A stretch of 64,000 bases of DNA, taken from positions 15,438,001 through 15,502,000 of the forward strand of contig CP075494.1 of the NCBI GenBank assembly GCA_021613535.1. The letters run 5' to 3'. This DNA is from Adineta vaga (Eukaryota; Animalia; Rotifera). The notes beneath the pieces were generated by a model that saw nothing but the letters and a program-made list of their open reading frames with translations, was not told the DNA's origin and ran no database searches. Below are positions 26,114-36,913 of this stretch, piece after piece (the stretch's first letter is position 1; each line of letters opens with the position of its first letter). A program made the position numbers and the translations under genes.

Positions 26114-26699
26114 TGAAAAATAATCTTATCTGTATATTCAAGCTTTTTTGTCTATATGTAGTGTAATATTAACAATAAAAGAATGCATGTAATGCTTCGC
26201 GTAGAGTAGAAATAAAAATAGAAATTCTTTATATTTTATTTAAATTATCTATTCAACTAACAAATCGATGATTTCAAGACTTTGCTCGTTGTAATCTTCA
26301 TGTGACCGTTGAAATGACATGCAGACTAGAAAATAAATATGCTAATATTAGAAGGATCAACAACGGTTATGAAGAATACTGCATTACAGATAAATCTTGA
26401 GAGTGGATGTGCTTTGTTTTTATTAAATTTTGTTCTTTCTTTTGAGTCTGTATTGAAAAAATATATTCAAGATGATTGAATAATAAAGAACAAATGTGCG
26501 TCATTATAGACAAACAGAAATGTTAATTGATTTTATTTTGAAATCTAGGTGGCAGTAATGTCGTAATTCATTCATTTCTATATTTGTTTTATTGGATTAT
26601 TCGATATTCTATTCTTATTGAATAATTCGACTGAACTTGTTAACACATCCAGTCCACCATAAATATATATATTTATCTATCTATCTGAATTGTTCATTG

Positions 26700-27820
26700 A
26701 ATATTGAAAGAAAAATGGAAAAATCTCCTGATCTTACAACTCATTTTTATCCAACTTGAAATGTTTACAGCTGAAAAAGATATAAAAGGAATGATTTGTG
26801 TATGTAAATATATAGATTTTCCGTCAATGCAATACTTTCTTTGTATTTTCAGGAATTAGATATAATTATCAAGCATCTCTTCAAACGTTTAAAAGACGGC
26901 TAGTCAAGCAAACCTCTTATATTATATATCGTCAAACGAATAAATATCAATTTTGAAACTAAAAATTATCCAAGTCAGTTCTAAAAGCTGAGATTAATGG
27001 CTCTCATTTATTTCACTTTCTTTTTCTTTCACAGGTGTTGTTCATGATTGTCAATTGCTTGATGAACTTGGTGAAAATGTTAAGTCAAACAAGGAATTAT
27101 TTTTAAAACGAGAGTAAGTATTTTTGATCTCATCAATTTTGTTTTCCAACGATATTTTTACCTATTTTAGAAAGTCATCTATGTACATGTTTTTAAATGA
27201 AATGAGCGATCGCTTTTCCAATGCTCGTATTCAATGTAAGTATCATTTATCTGATGTTTATTCAAAAGATATGCAAAATATCATCATTACTAAATCGTAT
27301 TTCTTTTCGTCTGTCATTCATATAAGATGTCCATTGAAATGCTACCCTTCTAGTTATGAGTAAGTTATTCATTATTTTCTTTATGATAATAACATCCTTA
27401 AATATTCAAAGAACGTTGAAATATGTAGTCCTTTATTCGATATGAAAGTTTCTATGCAGGAGGAATAATGCACTATCGTTCCATTTTTCTCTACGAGAAC
27501 ACAACTAAAATATTATGAATATGGTATTTAGTTGTTACTTTCTTGAATCATTGCTTAGATCGTGTTTGTCAAAAAGAATTCTGGTTTGATCAATGCTATA
27601 AGACTAACTACTTATTTTTCTTGTATTTCTGCTTTGATCTGACAGATAGATATCTATTTAGGAATAGATCTCTTTTCAGTTCCTAATGATGCAGATATTG
27701 ATTTAATAAGTATAAACATTGGTTACATCAACGTAACAGATATTTTCTCAAATTTAAATGTTCTTTTTATGTTTTAGAAAACTTGTGAACAGAAACACAA
27801 GAAAACAAAAGAATAATTAA
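26700..27820 (+). pseudogene. Degenerate multi-exon gene relic, unknown family
   Basis: Regularly spaced GT..AG ~55-bp introns (~26800, ~26974, ~27114, ~27711) flank codon-like segments, but every frame contains stops. Confidence 0.3.
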
Positions 27821-28394
27821 TGGCAAAAATGTATTTAATACGAACTTTTTTGTCTATCCTTCATGTTTCATGTCTTTGATATATTTTGTCGAATGATTGA
27901 AATACATTCAACTATTCGATTAAAATATAAAATTGTCTTAATAAATGAAAGATATTAAAAAATTTTGTTTTTTTCACGTCAATTTGGAACAACTAAATCA
28001 ATAAGATCAGAGCTAATCATAACTTCGATGGATATTTGACCAAGCTAAGTTATATACAAGTGACACAGAAACTACGATAGGAAGTTAGGATGAATAGTCA
28101 ATCATAAAGAGGTTTAAAAGTTGATGATTTTTTATTTCTATTTTGAGAAAGAATCGAACTTTGAATGCGGTATCGTATTACAAAAAGCGATTTAAACTGA
28201 TAACGATATCAGTTTCGCACCTTTCCGACCACGTAAATAAAGATTCTCTATGCAATCGATCACAAAACAATAGATTGACAAAAAAAATTCAAGAATGAGT
28301 AAGATTTGATAATATATTTTGAAATAATAAAGAAAAAATTTGTGATTATTAATTCTTGAATAATCTCATTAAGAATAAGAAATATTGTTTATTA

Positions 28395-29075
28395 CTATAA
28401 TTTTATCAAAACATTCACCGTTGGTTCTCCTACATAATCTTTGAATGGACATGATAAACCATCATCTTTCTTCTTCCATATCCATGTTGCTGGATCAACA
28501 ATTGTCTTTTCTTCACCATTCATTTTCTTGACAAAAATATTACGTGTTGCTGGATGAGTTGTTTGAACAAATGCATATTGAAATCCTCGTTGATCTCGTG
28601 CATAATTACATAAATGTGTACTTAATTTCATTGCGAGATTTCTACCGGCATAGTCAGTTCATGTTCCAATAGCTGTAATGTATAAAACCATATTCGGTTT
28701 TAATTCTTGATTTAGATCTTGACGAATAAATCGATTAGCCATTTCATGATAGAAATCACCATCAGCATCATCAGATGCCGGAGTTGAATCATCGTATGGA
28801 TTTTTTTGCCAAAGTAGAAATAGATCACATGCAAATATTGTAGCAATAATTTCATTTGTCGATCGATCACGTATAAGAAAAGCTAATTTTTCATTCAATA
28901 TACGAGTTATTGCTGGCCAAAACCAAGTATCAAATATTTCTTCAGCTGAATTACGAAGAAAAATAGAGAAAGGATTATTAGTTGCAAATTCTTTAGAAAG
29001 TAATTCAGCACATAAACGAGCATCAGTTTCATTGTCGATTAAAGATATTTCATAATCATCATTCTTATTCGCCAT
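28395..29075 (-). pseudogene. GNAT N-acetyltransferase copy 1 with a single in-frame premature TGA (28659-28661)
   Basis: Colinear with the intact paralog at 29950-30636. The CGA (Arg) of the paralog's GTRTGYTGRNLA motif is TGA here; ORFs 28659..29120 and 28395..28631 are in the same frame. Confidence 0.85.
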
Positions 29076-29248
29076 CTTTGAATGAAAACAAAGTAGAAAC
29101 ATTATATCAAAGGTTAGCACGTATTATGTAATTTTCTTATCTCGTTCTGTATTGACATTGTGACGTTCGTTGCAAACCAACCAAATATCAGATCGATTTG
29201 AAATTAACAAATTGATATTTTTCTATCTAAATTTTTATCAAAATATGT

Positions 29249-29404
29249 TTAAGCTGGTTATCAAAATCATCGTCCGTGTCCATATGTTGTTCACATCGTG
29301 TACAAATTCTATACCGTGTTTTATCAGTCTGTTCACTCAAAACATTTCGAACATCATCAACAAGTGTTCGTAGTTCTAATAATTCACTTGAGTAATCATC
29401 ATAG
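29249..29404 (-). pseudogene. 3' fragment duplicate of the TIR-zinc finger gene
   Basis: 29281-29404 closely matches ~32231-32355 (CACATCGTGTACAAATTCTATACCGTGTTTTA...). AAGCTGGTT at ~29251 matches the stop region at ~32039, with an internal deletion between. Confidence 0.9.
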
Positions 29405-29416
29405 TGAGGATATTCT

Positions 29417-29915
29417 AAATAAGAAAATGAATTTTAAAGTCACTTGATGTGGAGCTTTAGTTGTCGCGTTTACTTTGGAAATCTTTATTATCTTATTTCC
29501 ATTATATGTACGAAAATTTAAGAATAATTAGGTAGGTAAATTACATTTTGATTATAATTCATTTACTCCTTTTTCAAAGGCCAAATTGGTTTCGCTGTTA
29601 TTCTTCTTCTTTTCTTTTATTATTTCGCAACGATACTTATCTTAGGTGCTCAAATCAATGCGTTCGTTTTTGAAGATTATCAACCATTTACTGATGGATT
29701 GGGTTCTTATGTCAGTCAAATGCATGATGAACATGATGTTGTTGATCAAAAGAAATCCTTACATCTAAAAGATCTCGAAATCAAATAATAAAATAATCAA
29801 TTAGAAAGACAAATTTCTTTTCTCCTCTGTATTGAATAGAATTCTTGTTTATTCACGCTTTAGTTCTATGTAGTTGAATATGAACAATAAAACAATGCAT
29901 GTAATGCTTAATGTA
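29417..29915 (+). pseudogene. 3' fragment duplicate of the YihY gene including intron 2 and 3' UTR
   Basis: Matches ~25731-26210 (AAATAAGAAAATGAATTTTAAAGTCACTTG...). TGG>TGA and TAT>TAG stops; intron 2 and the AATAAA region are retained. Confidence 0.9.
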
Positions 29916-29949
29916 GAATAATTATTACGTCGTATTGCTTGTGAATTTT

Positions 29950-30636
29950 CTATGCTTTTAGTTCTACGAGAATATTAACTGCTGGTTCTCCAACATAATC
30001 TTTGAATGGACATGATAAACCATCATCTTTCTTCTTCCATATCCATGTTGCTGGATCAACAATTGTCTTTTCTTCACCATTCATTTTCTTAACAAAAATA
30101 TTTCTTGTTGCTGGATGAGTTGTTTGAACAAATGCATATTGAAATCCTCGTTGATCTCGTGCATAATTACATAAATGTGTACTTAATTTCATTGCGAGAT
30201 TTCTACCAGTATATCCAGTTCGTGTTCCAACAGCTGCGACATATAAAACTAGATTTGGTTTTAATTCTTGTTTAAAATCATGATGAACAAATCGATCTGA
30301 TAATTCATGATAGAAATCAGCGTCAACCGCTTCACATGCGGGTGCAGAAGGATCGTATGGATCATCATTCCAATGTGAAAAGAAATCACATGCAAATATT
30401 GTAGCAATAATTTCATTTGTTGATTGATCTCGTATAAGAAATGATAATTTTTCATCGAGTGTATGATTGATTACTGGTTGTAGCCATCTATCAAATAAAC
30501 TTTGAGCTGGTCTGCGAGTAAATATACAGAGAGAATTGTTCGCTGCAAATTCTTCGGAAAGTAATTGAGCACACAGACGAGCATCATTTTCGTTGTCGAT
30601 AGGTGCAATTACAAAATTATCACTTCGATTCCACAT
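29950..30636 (-). CDS. GNAT-family N-acetyltransferase (AANAT-like fold), intronless, copy 2
   Basis: LSFLIRDQSTNEIIATIFACD; motif A VLYVAAVGTRTGYTGRNLAMKL; GFQYAFVQTTHPATRNIFVKKMNG. Confidence 0.8.
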   Translation of the reverse strand: MWNRSDNFVIAPIDNENDARLCAQLLSEEFAANNSLCIFTRRPAQSLFDRWLQPVINHTLDEKLSFLIRDQSTNEIIATIFACDFFSHWNDDPYDPSAPACEAVDADFYHELSDRFVHHDFKQELKPNLVLYVAAVGTRTGYTGRNLAMKLSTHLCNYARDQRGFQYAFVQTTHPATRNIFVKKMNGEEKTIVDPATWIWKKKDDGLSCPFKDYVGEPAVNILVELKA

Positions 30637-30822
30637 ATTGAAAAAAAGAAATATGATGTGAATAAAAACGCAGACAGACACGTGTCATGTATTTTACTTT
30701 TTTTTTTCGTTCTTTGTTTACATCGTTGCACGCTTTTTATCAAGAGGAATCGATAGAAGAGATGAGCGTCATCCGCCCGCCGTGTATTAATGAGAATGAT
30801 CTACTTTGTCAAGAACATCTTT

Positions 30823-31830
30823 CTAACCTGATTTCCCATATGAGGAATTATAATTAGGATATGTAAGAAATTCACAAATATCTAATTTTTCGATTATTTT
30901 ATTCAAATGGTAACATAATTCATTATTACTAAATATCCGTGTTAAACAATCTAAATCGATAGATAATGATGATAGTTTTGATGCTTCTTGTAACAGTTTA
31001 AGCAATGCTATCGGTGGTATGTTTTTGCAAACATTTTGAATGTTCAAATATGAATGTAATTGGTATAATGATATATAATCAACTAAAGCATCAGTGACAG
31101 CATTAAATTCATATTTATACATTGGTAGTTTAAGAGAATAATATTTAGTATTTGCCTTTATTTGAAAACTATCATGGAGAAATAGTATTGTATAAATTAT
31201 TGTGTAATTGTTGAATTTCAAGTATCGATTTGGTCAATTATGTTCATGTAACCAAAATTCATCTTGGAATTTGGCAAATAAGCTTTCTGATTCGACATAT
31301 GAGTTATAACCATAACAGAATAGGAAATTGAAAATCTTCAGATGAGGCGAAGACGTTTTGATGATATTTTTCTATTTTGCAGGACCGATCGAATTAAATG
31401 CATTTCCATTACATATTATTGACGTTGTTGAATTTGGTGTTTGTTTGAACAGTTCATATTTAAATACTCAGATGAGAAACAAGATTGGTTCGATGAATTC
31501 GAGATTTTATTTCCAAATTTCGGTTAATTGTAATGTTTGAAGATGAATATATTGATCGGATAGAAAATGTGAAAAAATGGTTGAATTTGCCAGTATGAAT
31601 CTTGATTTGATAAATGTAATGAATAAATTTGCTTTTGAATATTTTTATTCGATAATATTATCTTTGCAGAAATAATCAAATTTCGTTTGTTCTATATTTT
31701 GAAAATTAATCTGACATTCTAAATTCTTCAATAATGGTTAAGAGTAGGAAATCTTTTTCATTATTATAATTTTATCAGAATATTTCTTCTTCGAAATCCA
31801 TATTGCTTGATGACTTGTTTGTCGAACATT
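30823..31830 (-). pseudogene. Decayed member of the rotifer-type F-box/LRR-like family
   Basis: Fragments NFQNIEQTKFDYFC..IYSLHLSN, NIIKTSSPHLKIFNFLF..FQDEFWLHEH, LLKLLQEASKLSSLSID..LNKIIEKLDI, interrupted by stops and frameshifts. Confidence 0.55.
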
Positions 31831-32036
31831 CCTTACAAAATAAAAATACGTTAGATTGATTTACAGGTGTCATGTAGATTATTTTTCATGTGCTGTGTTT
31901 ATGTCATAATGTCTTTCTGCTTGTTGGGAGATGACTAAACATTAAACTATAATTCTATTTTAAGTTTAAGTTAACAAGATCAAATCGAACTTATATTTAA
32001 CATATGGAAAAAAAACGAACTTTCATCGAAATAAGT

Positions 32037-34381
32037 CTAAGCTGGTTTCCACCCTGAACAACCTTGGCTATTTGTAATAAATTCACGTGGTTGATCAATA
32101 TGTTCACATGGTCTACAACCAGGTGAATCTGCTGTTTGCTGTCGACAACAAACCCACTGATCTTCCATAAGTCCACCACCACCGAGAAAATATTCGGCAT
32201 GTTTTTTGCAACCATCTTTCGAATAATCATCATATTGTTGTCCACATCGTGTACAAATTCTATACCGTGTTTTACCAGTCTGTTCACTCAAAGCATTTCG
32301 AGCATCATCAAGAAGTGTTCGTAGTTCAAATAATTCACTTGAACAATCATCAATAGAATCAGGTAATTGTGCTTGAGCAAGTAAACGTATCGCTTGAACG
32401 ATAACATCAATCTAAAATAAATAAATAAATAAATCGTATCAGATGGAAAAAATCTAAATTTCTATACCATTGGTACTCCATTGATCGATTGTTCTAAGGT
32501 ATTATATGTATAAACATCATATTGAGGAAAGCCTTCGATAGCTTCTAACATCCATTGTTCCATAATTATACCAGATTCAGTACGTAATATGATGAAAGCT
32601 TTTCCACGTTGAATAGCATATCGAAATTCTAATTGGCAATTAGTTGATTCAATGTATGCTTTGGAAAGAAATACGACAATAACTTTGGCACATTCCACAC
32701 CTAGAAAATAGTCATGAGATTAGATTTACTAGTAATCAAAAAAATAAATATACCAGTAGCCATCGCATCGTTTGTTGAACCTTGCATTGAACCCCAAATA
32801 TCGAACCATACTTGTACATTACGCATATGCATATCTTCATAGATTTGACGAACAAGTTCTTGTTTATCCCATTGATAACTAAAATTATATGAACATTAAG
32901 TAAGCATCATGTAATTGACTCTATCTATTTGAATACCTAATCATACAATCAAGTGGTCGTCGTTTTGGTAAACCATATTGATCAAGAAGTGCTGGGGGTG
33001 CTTTAAAACTCATACGTGTAATTGAATGATGTGTATGATCAAAATATCCATCAGCATGAGGTTCAGGAAGCTGAATTCGTACAGGTTGTTTAACTTTGTT
33101 TAAATTTACACGACGAGATTTCTGTGGTGGTGGCCACGTTGATAGTTTTGTTTTACATTCATCAAGTTCTTTTTGAATGGCTTTTTTTTCGATTTCTTCT
33201 CGTTCAATTTCACTTGGAATCGGTTGACAAGCAATCTTTTCAACAAAAGAAAAATCAACATACTATGAATATGAAGTTTACTCACTTCGATTTCTACACG
33301 TAAATCTGTAATACGATTGCTATCATAGAAAGGTTTGTAGGCAGTTTCTTGATCGAAGATACGAAAAAAGATTCGTCCTGCAATAATTAAACCAAGCCAT
33401 CCTTCTGGTCGCCATTTTTTTATGGCCATAACAGGTACAATTGGTTTGCCAAGAAGACGAGCTTGTTCAAATACTGCTTGACTAAGCCATATTTGTTCTA
33501 ATTGAGGAGTAAGAATCGCGACTAAAACTGTACATTTAGTTACACTGCAAGTTGCATTTGGTTTTGATAAATTTTCTATAATGACAGATGGTTGAGTAGC
33601 CGTTAAGGAATCCAAAATGAGTTGAGCCACAGCAATACCATCATCAGCAGTACAAATAAGTACTGTGCAAGTTGATGAACCTGATGGCAGTATTGTATTT
33701 ACAACAGTTTCATTTATCTAGATAAAATATATACGTTTTCTCATGCATGAAAAGAAATGTTATTGTTACTTGGGATGGATCTTTGACATTCACATTATTT
33801 GCTTTTGGTTTTATCTGAGTTCGAGCACAATTAGTAATTTCTGATACAATATGTACAAATGAACTATCTTCACTTAGTATAGTTGAATGGATAGCAGTGG
33901 CTACTATAGCACCTAATGCACCGTATGGACGAAAAGTAGGTTCGGCAAGAACAGCGATGATTGGTTTACGTTGATCTTTAGCATAATTGAGCGCTTCCAT
34001 ACAAAACACAGTTCTTTGATAAAGTCGACTAATGATAACAATAAATACATCACACCATTGAATCGTTTTAGCTCGTACATCGAGTGATTTTGGTGTAATT
34101 TCATTTAATAAATAACATTGTAAAGATTGATCAATTAATCCTTGTTTTAGTCGTTCACTAATAGTTTGTTGTGTCGTATGATTGGCAATTAGAATTTTAG
34201 TTGTGTTACTATTCGATACTAAACCAATAAATAATATTTAATTAAATGATAAAATAACGAAATTACCTGCAGTTGTTGTTGACATATTCGGATTTGACAA
34301 TGCGGCGTTTGCTGTTATATCAACAGAAACAGCAGAAGTGGATGTAATGACAACATTCTTGCTTGACGACCCACAACCCAT
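32037..34381 (-). CDS. N-acylated protein with three tandem TIR (TIR_2-type) domains and a C-terminal Cys/His zinc finger (BTK/CHORD-like), multi-exon
   Basis: Start MGCGSSSK. TIR1 ..CDVFIVIISRLYQRTVFCMEALNYAKDQRKPIIAV; TIR2 ..KCTVLVAILTPQLEQ..LGKPIVPVMAIKKWRPEGWLGLII; TIR3 CMISYQWDKQ..VWFDIW..AMATGVECAKVIVVFLSKAYIESTNCQLEFRYA; tail CTRCGQQY..GCKKH..WVCC..PGCRPCEH. Confidence 0.85.
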
Positions 34382-34603
34382 AGAGAATTTTTTTCAGTGC
34401 AAATGAAAGTACGACAAAGAATGAGTAAAAAAAGATCTTTTTCTTTTCTCATTCTTTTGTCAATCATTTTTTTCTTCTTATGAACTCAACATTAATGTTA
34501 TTATAGCTACATTTATTCGAAAGAAAATACTCTTCTAAAATCACGCTTACAAATTTGATAATCTTAATTAAAAAAAAACTATCAATCGATTCTTTTCTTA
34601 CTG

Positions 34604-35959
34604 TTATACTTCGTTAACAGCTTCACTATTATTCGTTATCCATATTCGTCCAACAACTTCCTGAAGATAATCTGTATATGCAAGATATTTGCCTCGTAAC
34701 CATATTAGTGAACGATAGTGATTAGACTCGTTCTTATTTGTACATCGTGGTCGCATTGGTCGTAGATTATCTGCAGTTGAATTATTTGTAATTGCTATCC
34801 AAGTCCATGTTTCTCCTCCGTCATTCGTTTTACCAGAGAAAAGTTCATAATGTCGTTGTTGATCGTTTTGACTGATTAATGGATTGCCTGTTGTTGGATC
34901 GCTATTTGTTGAAATATAAACAATGGATGGATCGTCCGGTTCAATAGCACCTAAACCAGTATAATCATCTTCACCTGCATATAGACGACAACCAGCATAA
35001 GCAAGTGAATAATTATGCCAACTAGAACCATCCCATCGTGCATATTTGTACCGTATGTCCTCGCCACCTTGACCAATTGGAAGCCCTGCAGAATTGTATT
35101 GAACACTATAAATACATACTGGATGTTCATGATGATCCAAAACAAGATCTACTATCCATGCGACATGATCTGGATCACCTTGAAAAAGTTTTGTACCTTG
35201 ATCAGGTGAATCAAGTCCAACTTGTAACGTACATAGTTTTGTACCATCTGATCGATATAATTGTTCAGAACGGTAATAAATATGATATATACTATTATCA
35301 TAATCACGTGGGTGTCCTTCTGTATAGATCATATGTATAGTATCACGTTCGTTTGAAGTATATCGTACATAGGGTCGATGTTTTTGTGTCGATGGAACGT
35401 TGATATAAACATTACCATTATGCCACGTTGATCCAAGGTCATCTGAATAGAGATATGATGGTTTGAATGAACCATGAAGACCACGAAAAAAATTGTAAAT
35501 ACGATTGGATTCATTTGGAAGAAGGAATAAATTTGCATATGTCAGTTCAGTAGTCGTTGATGGTGTATGAAGTTGAACTGGACTAAAATGTCGAAATGAA
35601 TTTGTATCTGGAAGAGAAATTCGTGAATAATTATGTGATTCTGTACCATGTTTTGCATAAAAAATCAACAATTGATTATCTGGTCTTATCAATAAAGCAG
35701 GTCCATCATGATCATCTAGTTCAAACTGTTCATGTAAAATAATACGATCTGTTATTTGAGTTGAACAATCATGTGTAAGTAGTTCAACGTTACCACGACG
35801 ATTTTTATCATTACCACCAGATGCAACTGATCCTATTAAAAGCACAGAACCATATTGAAGAGCACCCGGAGACTCAAACCAACACCATCCACCATCATCA
35901 TTGAATACAATCGTTTCACTTGTAGAGACATCAGTTGTTTTTAACTTAGCAATAGACAT
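34604..35959 (-). CDS. BNR_4 (BNR-repeat beta-propeller) protein, bacterial type, intronless
   Basis: DDGGWCWF, DDHDGPALLIRPD, Asp-boxes SDDLGSTW and TNDGGETW, RPYVRY, HPRDYDNSIYH, NLRP, WLRGKY in a 451-aa ORF. Confidence 0.85.
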   Translation of the reverse strand: MSIAKLKTTDVSTSETIVFNDDGGWCWFESPGALQYGSVLLIGSVASGGNDKNRRGNVELLTHDCSTQITDRIILHEQFELDDHDGPALLIRPDNQLLIFYAKHGTESHNYSRISLPDTNSFRHFSPVQLHTPSTTTELTYANLFLLPNESNRIYNFFRGLHGSFKPSYLYSDDLGSTWHNGNVYINVPSTQKHRPYVRYTSNERDTIHMIYTEGHPRDYDNSIYHIYYRSEQLYRSDGTKLCTLQVGLDSPDQGTKLFQGDPDHVAWIVDLVLDHHEHPVCIYSVQYNSAGLPIGQGGEDIRYKYARWDGSSWHNYSLAYAGCRLYAGEDDYTGLGAIEPDDPSIVYISTNSDPTTGNPLISQNDQQRHYELFSGKTNDGGETWTWIAITNNSTADNLRPMRPRCTNKNESNHYRSLIWLRGKYLAYTDYLQEVVGRIWITNNSEAVNEV

Positions 35960-36913
35960 CTTGGTCTTTTACCCTTCTACAAATATATGAATGAAATTTT
36001 AGCAATGACAAAACGATTCTTCCTGTCTTTTAATCAATTGAATAAGTGCAAGTGTCTATGTTGACTATTATAGATTCGATATCACAAGAAATCAGATTAT
36101 TGTATTCTTGTGTAAAATAGAATATCATATCTCACTAGGCTTTGTTGAATAGAGAAATTTCTTGTGTTAAAAACATGTGCGCGTATAGGCATCCAATGAC
36201 TATAACAAAGTGATAAACGAAAGAACTGAGAAAAAAAAACTAAGGTGTGTTTAACATGAAATAAAAGAGAACAAGATAATTTATAAAGTATGCCTTTTAA
36301 GCACATCTATTGTTCGGACAATTTTCTGATCGAATAATATGACATACTGTACATGAACCATGTCTTTTTCTCCATAAATCATCTTGTACCAAGTCGTTAT
36401 ATATTGTTTACATTCATTTTGATGATCTTATCAGTCAATTTAGTAATAGAAATAGTTATCAAACTTTATATATATTTCATGAATAAATAGACAAAAAAAA
36501 GAAGATAAAAAGTGTTATTTGAAAAACAAAACTTCGTCGAGTGATTCAGGTACTAGTTTGTATTGATAAGAATAACAAACAGCAATTCCTTTATCTATTA
36601 AGAGATCACTGCTTCGTCTTACCTCTCACCCTCAAATTAAATGTATAATAATACCATCTTTTACATTACAGTGCAATATATTTGTTTCAGCAACCCATCT
36701 ATGAAGAACATCAACACATCACTTTGACGATCTCATGAGATAACCAGATGTGAGAAGACAAAATTATTCATATAGTTCATTAAAAAAAAGATGAAAACTA
36801 ATTAAATGATGACATACAGAACAAATTTATTCCAATTCTCTAAAAAGGAGTATGTCAACTTGAAAATCAATGATAAAGAATGTAGCGTTGTCATTCTTTG
36901 ATTGAATATAAAA

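Noticed and set aside
28659-28661. Selenocysteine recoding of the GNAT TGA
   Set aside because: The paralog has Arg, not Cys, at this site and no SECIS-like element is evident.
25050-35959. Bacterial contamination as the source of the bacterial-type genes
   Set aside because: Spliceosomal introns in the YihY and TIR genes, host-like base composition, no operon structure, and contiguity with metazoan genes.
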